Source: Candidatus Fervidifonticultor secundus (GTDB lineage Bacteria > Sysuimicrobiota > Sysuimicrobiia > Sysuimicrobiales > Humicultoraceae). Taken from it: a DNA stretch of 64,000 nt. The notes under the pieces are model-generated. The model was not told the DNA's origin. It worked only from the letters and a program-made list of their open reading frames with translations, and made no database searches. This document shows positions 10,018-19,015 of this stretch, piece by piece. Position 1 is the stretch's first letter; every line of letters begins with the position of its first letter. Location of the stretch: NCBI GenBank assembly GCA_031459385.1, contig JAVKIP010000002.1:64355-128354 (forward strand). The letters run 5' to 3'. Made by a program: the position numbers and the translations under genes.

Positions 10018-10046
10018 TTGACACCCGGGGGCACGCGTGCTAGATT
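10018..10046 (+). promoter_or_regulatory. Sigma70/SigA promoter of the lysA operon
   Basis: TTGACA-17 nt-TAGATT with an extended -10 TG. Confidence 0.75.
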
Positions 10047-10078
10047 GGCACCGATCTCGCACACGGTATGCCTGCGCG

Positions 10079-11443
10079 ATGCCGGTCACCGATGACGCTG
10101 CGATGACGACGCCCCGCCGCCACGGCTTCGACGTCAACGGCCGCGGGCATCTCGTCATCGGAGGCGTGGACGCCGCCGAGCTCGCGGCACGGTTCGGTAC
10201 GCCCCTGCACGTCTTCGACGAGGCGCGCCTGCGCGCCAACTGCCGCACGTACCTCGAGACCCTGCGCGCCTCCTACCCTGGCCCGGGCCGGGTGCTGTTC
10301 GCCAGCAAGGCATTCTGTACCATTGCGTCGTGCCAGCTCGTCTACGAGGAAGGCCTGGGCCTCGATGTGGTCAGCATGGGTGAGATCCACACGACGCGGC
10401 TTGCCGGGGTGCCCGGGGACGCCCTGGTCTTCCACGGCAGCAACAAGACTCCTGAGGAACTCACCTACGCGCTCGATGCCGGCGTGGGCCGCTTCATGGT
10501 GGACAACGAGTACGAGCTGCAGACCCTCGACCGGCTGGCCCAGCACCGCGGCATCGTGGCCGACATCCTCCTGCGGGTGACACCGGGCATCGAGCCGCAC
10601 ACGCACAAAGCCATCCAGACCGGCGGCGTCGACACGAAGTTCGGGTTCGGACTCCTGGGGTCCGCGGCCGAGCGGGCGGTGCGTCAGGCGCTGGCGGCGC
10701 GCGGGCTGCGGCTGCGCGGCCTGCACTCGCACATCGGGTCGCAGATCCTCGACGTCGAACCGTTCCTGCTGGCTGCCCGCGCCGTCATCGCGTTCGCCGC
10801 CGAGATGCGGGGTGCCGGCCTGCAGCTGGAGGAGCTCAACCTGGGCGGCGGACTGGGCATCCGGTACGTCGCCGACCAGGCGCCGCCCGACCGGGCCGCG
10901 TTCGTGCGCACGCTGGCTGCCACGGTCCAGGCGCTGCTCCGCCAGCACCGCCTGCCCCTGCCGGCGCTGGCGCTGGAGCCCGGTCGCTCCATCGTGGGCG
11001 ACGCTGGGGTGACGCTGTACAGGGCAGGGGCCATCAAGACGATTCCGGGGATCCGCACGTATGTCTCCGTCGACGGCGGCATGTACGAGAACCCACGGCC
11101 CGCGCTCTACGGTGCCAGGTACGAGGCGGTGGTGGCCACGCGCGCCGATGCTGCCCCGACCCAGACCGTGGCGCTGGCGGGCCGTTGCTGCGAGTCTGGC
11201 GACGTTCTCATCTGGGACGCAGCGCTGCCGGACGTGCGGGAGGGCGACCTGATCGCCGTGTTCGCCACCGGTGCGTACACCTACTCGATGGCCGGCAACT
11301 ACAACCGGTACTCGCGGCCTGCGGTGGTCTTCGCGCGGGACGGCGAAGCTGACGTCGTGGTGGCCCGCGAGACGTTGGACGACCTGGTGCGGCTCGATCG
11401 GCCGCTGCGGCGCCGCGCCGTGGGGTCGGCCGCGCCGCGCTGA
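10079..11443 (+). CDS. lysA: Diaminopimelate decarboxylase
   Basis: FGTPL, FASKA (PLP lysine), HIGSQI, NLGGGLG, EPGRSIVG, CESGD, TGAY..SM..NYN. Start could be 10079 or 10103. Confidence 0.93.
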   Translation: MPVTDDAAMTTPRRHGFDVNGRGHLVIGGVDAAELAARFGTPLHVFDEARLRANCRTYLETLRASYPGPGRVLFASKAFCTIASCQLVYEEGLGLDVVSMGEIHTTRLAGVPGDALVFHGSNKTPEELTYALDAGVGRFMVDNEYELQTLDRLAQHRGIVADILLRVTPGIEPHTHKAIQTGGVDTKFGFGLLGSAAERAVRQALAARGLRLRGLHSHIGSQILDVEPFLLAARAVIAFAAEMRGAGLQLEELNLGGGLGIRYVADQAPPDRAAFVRTLAATVQALLRQHRLPLPALALEPGRSIVGDAGVTLYRAGAIKTIPGIRTYVSVDGGMYENPRPALYGARYEAVVATRADAAPTQTVALAGRCCESGDVLIWDAALPDVREGDLIAVFATGAYTYSMAGNYNRYSRPAVVFARDGEADVVVARETLDDLVRLDRPLRRRAVGSAAPR

Positions 11444-12060
11444 TGCTGGGTCTCGCGCCGCAGACGCTCGTCTTCCGTCTCGTCGCGCTGCTGGTGGCTG
11501 CCACCGTCCACGAGTTCGCCCACGCCTGGATGGCCAACCGGCTGGGCGACCCCACGCCGCGGCTGCGCGGACGCCTGTCGCTGAACCCGCTGGTCCACCT
11601 GGATCTGGTCGGCTCGCTCCTGCTGCTCCTCGTGGGGTTCGGCTGGGCGAAGCCGGTCGAGGTGAACCCGCGGTACTTCCTGCGCGGGCGGCAGGGGATG
11701 ATGCTCGTGGCAGCAGCGGGGCCGCTGGCGAACGTGACGCTGCTGTTCCTGCTCGGGCTCTTGGTGCAGGGCGGGCCGGTGGTCAGCGACACGGTGCTCG
11801 GCCGGCTCGTCTTCACCACCATGGTGATCAATGCAGTGCTGGCCGTGTTCAATCTGATCCCCATTCCGCCACTGGACGGGTCGAAGATCCTGGCCGGCCT
11901 GCTGCCGCCCCAGCAGGCGCTCGCCCTCGACCGGGTGCAGCAGTACGGCCCGCTGGTCCTCCTGGTTCTGATCGTGCTCCCGGGAAATCTCGTCGGGCGC
12001 ATCATCTGGCCGCCGACGCAGTGGCTCGTTCGGCTGGCCCTGGGCGCAGGGGCCTTCTGA
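11443..12060 (+). CDS. Site-2 protease family (M50) membrane zinc metalloprotease
   Basis: HEFAH, AAAGPLAN, FNLIPIPPLDG. Confidence 0.9.
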   Translation: MLGLAPQTLVFRLVALLVAATVHEFAHAWMANRLGDPTPRLRGRLSLNPLVHLDLVGSLLLLLVGFGWAKPVEVNPRYFLRGRQGMMLVAAAGPLANVTLLFLLGLLVQGGPVVSDTVLGRLVFTTMVINAVLAVFNLIPIPPLDGSKILAGLLPPQQALALDRVQQYGPLVLLVLIVLPGNLVGRIIWPPTQWLVRLALGAGAF

Positions 12061-12875
12061 TGCGCGAAGCCGGAGCCCCCCGGGGCCCGGCGGACGAGCC
12101 GCAGGGTGACGTGCGGGGGGGTGGGCCGGGTCGGGAGCCGGGCCCGGGGGGGCGCAGCGGCGCAGCCACCTATACCGTCAAGGTGCCGGGCTTCGAGGGG
12201 CCGCTGGATTTGCTGCTCGCGCTGGCCCATCGCGGCGACGTCGACCTCTCGAAGATCGCCCTGACCGACCTGGCGCGCGACCTCCTGGAGCGCGCCAGGC
12301 GTCAGCTCGATCTCACCGAGGCCACCGAAGCGCTGTGGATGCTGGCCGCCCTGGTCGAGATGAAGGCAAAGCTGCTGCTGCCCAAGCCGCCGCCGGCCGA
12401 GCCGCTGCCGGAACCCGAGGCCTCTGACCTGCCCGAGCGGCTGGAGGAGCAGTTCGCGGAGTACCGGGCGTTCCGGGACGCGGCGGAGGCGCTGCGCGCC
12501 CTGGAGGAGCTGCAGCAGCGTATCTTCCTGCGCCCGCCGCAGGACCCGGAGCCCTCGGCGCTCCTGCTGGTCGGCTTGAGCCTCGACGACCTGTTCCGGG
12601 CCTTTCAGACGGTGCTGGAGCGCGCGCGGCGCAACCAGGCAGCCGAGGTCGTCGCCGAGCCCGTGCGCGTCGCCGACCGCATGGCGGCGATTCTCGACGC
12701 TCTCCAGCGCGCGCCCGCCGGCGTCACCTTCGACGCGCTGTTTCCTGACCGCGTGACGACCGTCATGATCGTCGTGACGTTCCTGGCCCTCCTGGAGCTC
12801 ATCAAGGACCGGAAGGTCCGGGCCGAGCAGGAAGGGCCCCTGGCGCCGATTCGCGTGCGAGCGGTGGCGGCGTGA
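12060..12875 (+). CDS. scpA: Segregation and condensation protein A
   Basis: FEGPLDLLL.L, MKAKLLLP, IVVTFLALLEL; adjacent to scpB. Confidence 0.9.
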   Translation: MREAGAPRGPADEPQGDVRGGGPGREPGPGGRSGAATYTVKVPGFEGPLDLLLALAHRGDVDLSKIALTDLARDLLERARRQLDLTEATEALWMLAALVEMKAKLLLPKPPPAEPLPEPEASDLPERLEEQFAEYRAFRDAAEALRALEELQQRIFLRPPQDPEPSALLLVGLSLDDLFRAFQTVLERARRNQAAEVVAEPVRVADRMAAILDALQRAPAGVTFDALFPDRVTTVMIVVTFLALLELIKDRKVRAEQEGPLAPIRVRAVAA

Positions 12876-13462
12876 CCGACGAGGTCGTGCCCGCAGGCGT
12901 GGCCGTGGAGGCCGAGGCGACGGACGCCGCGCTGGTACACCTCGCTGCCGTCGTGGAGGGGATTCTCTTCGTGGCCGGAGGACCGGTGGCGGCACGGCAG
13001 CTGGCCGAGGTGACCGGCGCAGCGCCCGAGCGCGTGACGCAAGCCCTGGCCATGCTGCAGAGGCGCCTGACCGGCAGCGGGCTGCTCGTCCAGGCCGTGG
13101 CCGGCGGCTACCAGCTGGGAACGCGCCCCGAGCACGCCGAGGTCATCCAGCGGTTCCTCCAGGCTGAACATCGCGAGCGGCTCACGAAGGGTGCGCTGGA
13201 GGTGCTGGCCATCATCGCCTACCGCCAGCCGTGCACGCGCGGGGAGGTCGAGCAGATCCGCGGGTCGCGCAGCGACTGGCACATCGAGCGGTTGCTGGAG
13301 CGCCAGCTCATCCGCGAGGTCGGGCGGCGCGAGGCGCCCGGCCGTCCGGTCCTGTTCGGCACCACCGAGCTGTTCCTGCGGTACTTCGGCCTGCGGGATC
13401 TGAGCGACCTGCCGCCGCTCGGCGAGCGCGGCGTCCAGGTGCTGCTCGACACACTGCGCTGA
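12872..13462 (+). CDS. scpB: Segregation and condensation protein B
   Basis: LEVLAIIAYRQP.TR.E.E.IRG and PGRP.LFGTT..FL..FGL..L.DLP. Confidence 0.93.
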   Translation: MTDEVVPAGVAVEAEATDAALVHLAAVVEGILFVAGGPVAARQLAEVTGAAPERVTQALAMLQRRLTGSGLLVQAVAGGYQLGTRPEHAEVIQRFLQAEHRERLTKGALEVLAIIAYRQPCTRGEVEQIRGSRSDWHIERLLERQLIREVGRREAPGRPVLFGTTELFLRYFGLRDLSDLPPLGERGVQVLLDTLR

Positions 13463-14559
13463 TGCGACCGCGGCCTGTCGCCGCCCTCTGGCTGTCCGTG
13501 GCTGTCGTCCTGGCCGGCGCGGTCCTGGCTGGCGCTGCCTCCGGCGGGGTCGCACGTGGGGCGCCTGAGGCGTCGCTGGCGTCCGGTGCCGCGGCTGCCG
13601 TGCTGATGGACGTGCGCACGGGCACGGTGCTCTACGCCCTCGATGCGCACCGCCGGCTGGCACCGGCGTCCACCACGAAGATCCTCACGGCGGTCCTGGT
13701 CCTGGAACGGCTGCCGCTGTCCGCGACCGTGACCATCAGCGAGCGTGCAGCGGCGCAGCGCAACGGCGCCGCCGTGGGCCTGGAGCCCGGGGACCAGTGG
13801 ACGGTGGAGGACCTGCTGCACGCGATGCTGGTGCGGTCGGCCAACGACGCGGCCGTGGCGCTGGCCGAGGCCGCGGCCGGCAGCGTGGAGCGGTTCGTCG
13901 CGCTGATGAACGCCCGGGCGCAGAGCCTGGGTGCGCGCAACACGCGGTTCGCCAACCCCCACGGGCTCGACCACTCCGACCACTACAGCACCGCCTATGA
14001 CCTGGCGGTCCTCGCGCGGTACGGCCTGCACCACCCCGTGTTCGCCTCGCTGGTCCGCACGCGGGCGTGGGTGCTGCGGCGGCCCGGCCGCGAGCCCCAG
14101 GAACTCCCGTCCACCAACCGGTTCCTGGCGCGCTACGACGGTGCCGACGGCGTGAAGACCGGCTGGACCGCGCGCTCCGGCCCCTGCCTGGTGGCCTCGG
14201 CGACGCGGGACGGCTGGCAGCTCCTGGCCGTCGTGCTCAACAGCGCCGATGTCGTTTCCACCGCCGGGCGCTTGCTGGACTACGGGTTCTCGACGTTCGA
14301 GCCGGTGCGGGTGGCCGAGCGAGGCCAGCGCCTCGCGACGGTACCCGTCGGGCGCCGCGCGCAGGTCGAGGCCGTGCTCGCAAGCGATCTGTACGCGGTG
14401 ATACCACGGGGTGCCACCGTGACGCCACGCGTGCGCCTGCGCGAGCCGCTGGCCCCACCACTGGCTGCCGGTGCGGTCGTGGGGCACGTGGAGGTCGTCT
14501 CGGGCGGCACCGTCGTGGCGAGGGCGCCGCTGGTGGCGGCCCGCGGCGTCCCGCGGTAA
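13462..14559 (+). CDS. D-alanyl-D-alanine carboxypeptidase (peptidase S11)
   Basis: Signal peptide; STTK (SxxK), SAN (SxN), NPHGL and KTG motifs; C-terminal PBP5-type domain. Confidence 0.9.
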   Translation: MRPRPVAALWLSVAVVLAGAVLAGAASGGVARGAPEASLASGAAAAVLMDVRTGTVLYALDAHRRLAPASTTKILTAVLVLERLPLSATVTISERAAAQRNGAAVGLEPGDQWTVEDLLHAMLVRSANDAAVALAEAAAGSVERFVALMNARAQSLGARNTRFANPHGLDHSDHYSTAYDLAVLARYGLHHPVFASLVRTRAWVLRRPGREPQELPSTNRFLARYDGADGVKTGWTARSGPCLVASATRDGWQLLAVVLNSADVVSTAGRLLDYGFSTFEPVRVAERGQRLATVPVGRRAQVEAVLASDLYAVIPRGATVTPRVRLREPLAPPLAAGAVVGHVEVVSGGTVVARAPLVAARGVPR

Positions 14560-14565
14560 CACCGC

Positions 14566-15036
14566 ATGGCGGCCGACCGCCGGACGTGGGAGGCCCGCTC
14601 CCGGTCCCTGGCCTGGCCCCACGACGGCGCGCCCTCGGCCGTGCTGGTCCGGTGGGCCGCCCGCGTGCCGCCGGGTCGGGCACTGGACTAGATCGTGGCG
14701 GATCTCGATCGCTACCCGCTGGCGCGGGCGCGGTACGACCTGGTGGTGAACACGTTTTTCCTCAGGCCGCGCCTGGTGCCGCGGCTGATGGCTGCGGTGC
14801 GCCCCGGCGGGCTGCTGGTGGTGGAGACGCACCTGGTGAGCCAGCAGCCGTCCGCCGGCCCAACCCAGGAACGGGGCGCGCACGGGCTGCGGTCCGGCGA
14901 GTTGCGGCGGCGGTTCAGCGCCTGGGAGGTCCTCGAGGTGGCAGAGGGCTACTTCACCGAGGGGGGCTGGGGCCGGTGGCTGGGCCGGATCGTGGCGCGC
15001 CGGCCACGGCGCCGCGCCCGGCGGAGGAGTCCGTGA
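14566..15036 (+). pseudogene. Class I SAM-dependent methyltransferase (TehB-like) pseudogene with an internal deletion and in-frame TAG
   Basis: The ATG 14566 frame reads ...PPGRALD*IVADLDRYPL...YDLVVNTFFL...RPGGLLVVET. TAG is at 14689-14691 and the GxG SAM-binding segment is missing. Confidence 0.7.
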
Positions 15037-15716
15037 GCCGGCGGCCGCCGGTGGTGGCCATTGATGGTCGGAGCGCCTCGGGTAAGTCCACCGTGGCCGA
15101 GGCGGTCGCGATCCGGCTCGGCTTCCGGCACGTGGACACTGGCGCCATGTATCGGTCCGTGGCGCTGGCCGCCCTGCGGCGGGGGATACCGCTGCACGAC
15201 GCCGACGCCCTCGCGGCCCTGGCTGCCTCTCTGGAGATCGACCTGCGCGCCGCGGCAGGGGGCAGCCGTGTTATCGTCGACGGCGAGGACGTCACCGAGG
15301 CCATCCGCGCGCCGGAGGTCGGCGACGCCGCCTCCGTGGTGAGCGCCGTGCCCGGCGTGCGCGCGGCCCTCGTGGCGCGGCAGCGCCAGCTGGGGCAGAC
15401 CGGCGCCGTGGTCGTGGAGGGGCGCGACATCGGCACCGTGGTCTTTCCGGATGCCGAGGTCAAGGTGTTCCTCGACGCGTCGCTGGAGGAGCGCGCCCGT
15501 CGGCGCCACGAAGAGCTGGCCGCGCGCGGTGTTCGTGTGGATCTGGACGACGTGCGGCGCCAGCAGGCCGAGCGCGACCGTCGCGACGAGACGCGGGCCG
15601 TCTCGCCCCTGCGGCCGGCAGCCGACGCGGTCGTCATCGATACCACCGGACGCGACGCGCAGGACGTCGTCGAGGAGATCGTCCGGCTGGTGCGCGAGCG
15701 GACCCGTGTGGTATAG
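15033..15716 (+). CDS. cmk: Cytidylate kinase
   Basis: VAIDG..ASGKST, DTGAMYR, EGRDIGTVVFPDA, RD.RD..R..SPL. Confidence 0.93.
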   Translation: MSRRPPVVAIDGRSASGKSTVAEAVAIRLGFRHVDTGAMYRSVALAALRRGIPLHDADALAALAASLEIDLRAAAGGSRVIVDGEDVTEAIRAPEVGDAASVVSAVPGVRAALVARQRQLGQTGAVVVEGRDIGTVVFPDAEVKVFLDASLEERARRRHEELAARGVRVDLDDVRRQQAERDRRDETRAVSPLRPAADAVVIDTTGRDAQDVVEEIVRLVRERTRVV

Positions 15717-16371
15717 GCTCTGGAAGCGCTTCTTCCTGACCTGGTTCCGGCTGCAGTTCCGCTTCCGCGTGGAAGGCGCGCAGCACGAGCCCGCCGACGG
15801 GCCCGTCCTGGTCATCGCCAACCACACCAGCGCGGCCGATCCGGTGCTCGTGGCCGTCGCCCTGCGGCGCCGCGTGCTGACCATGGGCAAGGAGGAGCTG
15901 TTCCGCGTGCCGGTCCTGGCGTGGTGGCTGCGGTCCCTGGGCGGGTTCCCCGTGCGGCGCGGCGAGCCCGACCGCCAGGCGCTGCGGCTCGCTGCCGCCG
16001 AGCTGGCGCGCGGCGGGGCGGTCGTGATCTTTCCCGAGGGCACGCGCAGCACCGACGGTCGCCTGCAGCCGGCCGAGCCGGGCGCCGCCCTGCTGGCGTT
16101 GCGCAGCGGCGCGCCGGTACTGCCGGTGGCGGTGGTGGGCGCGCACCGCGTGCTGCCCAAGGGGGCGCGCCTGCCGCGCCCGCGGCCGATCGTCGTCCGG
16201 CTGGGCCCACTGCTGCACCCGCCCCGCCTGGAGGGCCGCATCGACCGCGAGGCGCTGGAAGCCTGGGGACGGCGCTTCATCGATGCGCTGACGGCGCTGC
16301 TCCCGCCCGACCAGCAGCCCGCGTCCGGGGCTACGGTGCCAGCACCGTCAGGGCCTGCGGCAGCACGCTGA
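15706..16371 (+). CDS. plsC: 1-acyl-sn-glycerol-3-phosphate acyltransferase
   Basis: NHTSAAD (HxxxxD) and IFPEGTRS; follows cmk. Confidence 0.88.
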   Translation: MWYRLWKRFFLTWFRLQFRFRVEGAQHEPADGPVLVIANHTSAADPVLVAVALRRRVLTMGKEELFRVPVLAWWLRSLGGFPVRRGEPDRQALRLAAAELARGGAVVIFPEGTRSTDGRLQPAEPGAALLALRSGAPVLPVAVVGAHRVLPKGARLPRPRPIVVRLGPLLHPPRLEGRIDREALEAWGRRFIDALTALLPPDQQPASGATVPAPSGPAAAR

Positions 16372-17200
16372 ACGTCGCGGGGAGACGGCCGACGAGCTCG
16401 CCGTCGGCCTGGATGGGCAGCGGCCGCACCCCGTCCACGCGAATCACGCGCCCGCGGACCTGCCGCACTTTGGCGTGGCCGAGGTGGCGGCCCGAGAACA
16501 CCTTCGGGAGCACCGCCAGCGTCTCGAGCCGGCCCAGGGGGCCCGCGACGACCGCGTCGAGCAGGCCGTCATCCGGCCGGGCGGCCGGGACGAGCCACAT
16601 GCCGCCTGCGTTCCACGCCGTGTTGCCCACCGCTACCAGGAAGACGCGCTCGCGCGTGCGGACGCCGTCGACGTCCAGGGCCACCTCGACCGGCGCGTAG
16701 GTCGCCAGCGTCGCGAGAATGCCGGCCACGTACAACAGCGTGCCGCCGACGACCTTCGGCCAGCGGTTCACCCGCGCCGCGACCTCGCCATCGAACCCGA
16801 CCCCGGCGACGGTGAGGAAGTACCGGTCGTTGACGCGGCCCACGTCGACCTGCCGGTGCTCGCAGCCCGGTAGCGCCCGGGCGGCGGCGATCGGATCACG
16901 CGGCATCCCCATCGCGCGGGCGAAGTCACACCCGGTACCCACGGGCACGATGCCCACCGGCACCTGCCCGCCCGCAGCCAGCACGCCGTTGACCACCTCG
17001 TGCACCGTGCCGTCCCCACCCACGGCCAGAATCAGGTCGGCGCGGGCGGCGCGCGCGACCTCCATGGCGTGGCCGCGACGCTCCGTGAGTGATGTCGTCA
17101 CCGACCAGCCCGCCTGCTCCAGCACCAGGCGAACCCGGGGCCAGATGCGGCCGCCGCGACCCCATCCGGCCTGCGGGTTGACGACGGCGTGGACGCGCAC
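16331..17200 (-). CDS. Diacylglycerol kinase family lipid kinase (YegS/BmrU-like)
   Basis: VNPQAG, GGDGTVHEVVNG, PVGTGCDFAR, QADGE. Confidence 0.88.
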   Translation of the reverse strand: MRVHAVVNPQAGWGRGGRIWPRVRLVLEQAGWSVTTSLTERRGHAMEVARAARADLILAVGGDGTVHEVVNGVLAAGGQVPVGIVPVGTGCDFARAMGMPRDPIAAARALPGCEHRQVDVGRVNDRYFLTVAGVGFDGEVAARVNRWPKVVGGTLLYVAGILATLATYAPVEVALDVDGVRTRERVFLVAVGNTAWNAGGMWLVPAARPDDGLLDAVVAGPLGRLETLAVLPKVFSGRHLGHAKVRQVRGRVIRVDGVRPLPIQADGELVGRLPATFSVLPQALTVLAP

Positions 17201-17224
17201 GGCTCCCTCCGAAGGGAACGTCCC

Positions 17225-17668
17225 ATGACAACTACGGAGGCCCGGGGGCGACTCCTGCTCCTGGCAGGAGTCGCGGGCTGCGGGAGCGGACTGTTACGCA
17301 CGGGGACGCTGATGGAGTTGCCGGTCGTGGTGGAAGTCCTGGCCCCGGGCCTCGCCGGTGCAGCGGTGGGCCGCCCGGCCCGTGGCGCGCCGATGGGCGG
17401 GTGCGACCTGGAGCGGTCGGACGACACCTTCCACCTGTTCCGCGTGCTGGATCGGTTGCGGGAAGTCTTCGCCGACCGCGTCGTGGTCCACTTGCTGGAA
17501 CCGTTCTCGCTTCCCTGGATCGTCCGCGTCGTGCGGTTCCGGCCGCGGCGCTACCCGGCCTTCATCGTGGGTGGCCACGAGCTGATCGCCGGGCTCGACG
17601 AGCGCACGCTCTTCCGGGCGGTGGACGCCCGGCTCGGGGCGATCTCGGGCGCGGGGCACACCGCCTGA
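17225..17668 (+). CDS. Hypothetical protein, possibly thioredoxin-like fold
   Basis: ORF with coding-like codon use and the C-terminal pattern RRYPAFIVGG. Start could be 17225 or 17312. Confidence 0.5.
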   Translation: MTTTEARGRLLLLAGVAGCGSGLLRTGTLMELPVVVEVLAPGLAGAAVGRPARGAPMGGCDLERSDDTFHLFRVLDRLREVFADRVVVHLLEPFSLPWIVRVVRFRPRRYPAFIVGGHELIAGLDERTLFRAVDARLGAISGAGHTA

Positions 17669-17809
17669 GCGGGGTGGGCGCACGCGCTAGCGCGGGACGG
17701 CGGCACGGCAAAGGAACCGCGTTCGACGTGGTGAAACGCGTGTACCGACGGCTCGAACGCGCCTGAGGCTGCTGAGGGAGGAGAGGAGATTATGCAGCGC
17801 GAGGAGACT

Positions 17810-18946
17810 ATGCAGCGCATCGTCAGACTGATCGTGGTGGCATTGGGCATCGCAGCCATCGTGGTGCCGGCGACGCGCACCTGGGCCCAGCCGGCCATCG
17901 AGGACCGGCTGGTGATCATCACACCCGTGGCGCGGACCGTGGCTGACCCCACCGTGGCCGCGTTTCGCGACTTCGCGCGGCGGCAGTTCAACGTCGACGT
18001 GCGGGTGACCGTGGTCTCGGCCGGGACCCCCGTGGCCTACGGGCGCATCCGCGAGTGGGGAGGCCGGCCGGAGGCCGACATCTTCTGGGGCGGCGAGCCC
18101 GCGCTGTTCGACGATCTGGCCGAGCGCAGGCTGCTGGCGCTCCTGGAGCTGCCCGAGGCCGTGTGGCGGGAGATCCCCGCCGCCATCGGCACGCCCAAGC
18201 AGGTCCTGCTCAAAGACCCCCGGGGCTTCTGGGTCGGGTGCTGCCTGACCCCCTACGGCCTCGTCTATCACCCGCGGCTGTTGAAGCGGCTGGGCGTGGA
18301 GGCGATCCGCGACTGGGATGACCTGCTGGACTGCCGGTTGAAGGGCCAGGTCGCGCAGGCGACGCCCGACCGCTCCAGTTCGAACCACGCCTCGTACGAG
18401 GTCATCCTGCAGATGCACGGCTGGCAGAAGGGCTGGGAGTGGGCCCAGCGTCTGGGCGCCAACACCGGCATCTTCGTGGCCCGCAGCCGCGACGTGCCGA
18501 CGGTCGTCGCCAAGGGCGAGTTCGCCGTGGGCTTTGCGGTACCGGCGTACATGGCGTTCGAGGACGTGCTGGACGGACACGACCTGAAGTACGTGCATCC
18601 CACGGCGGCGTTCGTGACGCCCGAGCCCCTGGCCATTCTGGCCGGGAGCCGCAGCCCCCGGGCGGCCCGCGCCTTCATCCAGTACGCGTTGAGTGACGAG
18701 GGGCAGCGCGTCATGATGGCGCGCGGCCAGTACGGGATCACGCCCAAGCACCGGATGGAGGGGCCGGCGGGCTCGCCGCTGGCGCGCATGGCCGAGTTCG
18801 CGGGCATCAAGTCGTTCTTCGACCGGCCCGTGCGCAACGTCTACGACGACAACGTGGCCCAGCAGCGCTACAGTCTGGTCAACGATACGTTCCGCAAGCT
18901 GATCGTGGAACGGCATGCCGAGCTCAAGCGGCTGTACTGCCCGTAA
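17810..18946 (+). CDS. ABC substrate-binding protein, FbpA/AfuA (iron, thiamine, sugar-phosphate) family
   Basis: Signal peptide; PEADIFWGG, DWDDLLD, TPDRSSS, VAKGEFAVG, ARAFIQYALSDEGQ. Alternative start at 17792. Confidence 0.85.
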   Translation: MQRIVRLIVVALGIAAIVVPATRTWAQPAIEDRLVIITPVARTVADPTVAAFRDFARRQFNVDVRVTVVSAGTPVAYGRIREWGGRPEADIFWGGEPALFDDLAERRLLALLELPEAVWREIPAAIGTPKQVLLKDPRGFWVGCCLTPYGLVYHPRLLKRLGVEAIRDWDDLLDCRLKGQVAQATPDRSSSNHASYEVILQMHGWQKGWEWAQRLGANTGIFVARSRDVPTVVAKGEFAVGFAVPAYMAFEDVLDGHDLKYVHPTAAFVTPEPLAILAGSRSPRAARAFIQYALSDEGQRVMMARGQYGITPKHRMEGPAGSPLARMAEFAGIKSFFDRPVRNVYDDNVAQQRYSLVNDTFRKLIVERHAELKRLYCP

Positions 18947-19015
18947 CCGCAGCGCCCGGCACGGGCCGCCGGGCCTGCCGTCGATGGAGGCACCGGGGGT
19001 GTCCGGGACGTCAGC

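Noticed and set aside
9891..10078. Lysine riboswitch or T-box upstream of lysA
   Set aside because: No consensus blocks are present, and a strong promoter sits only about 30 nt before the start, leaving no room.
14689..14691. Pyrrolysine or other readthrough of the in-frame TAG
   Set aside because: The SAM-binding segment is deleted, so readthrough would not restore an enzyme, and no pyl genes are in the window.
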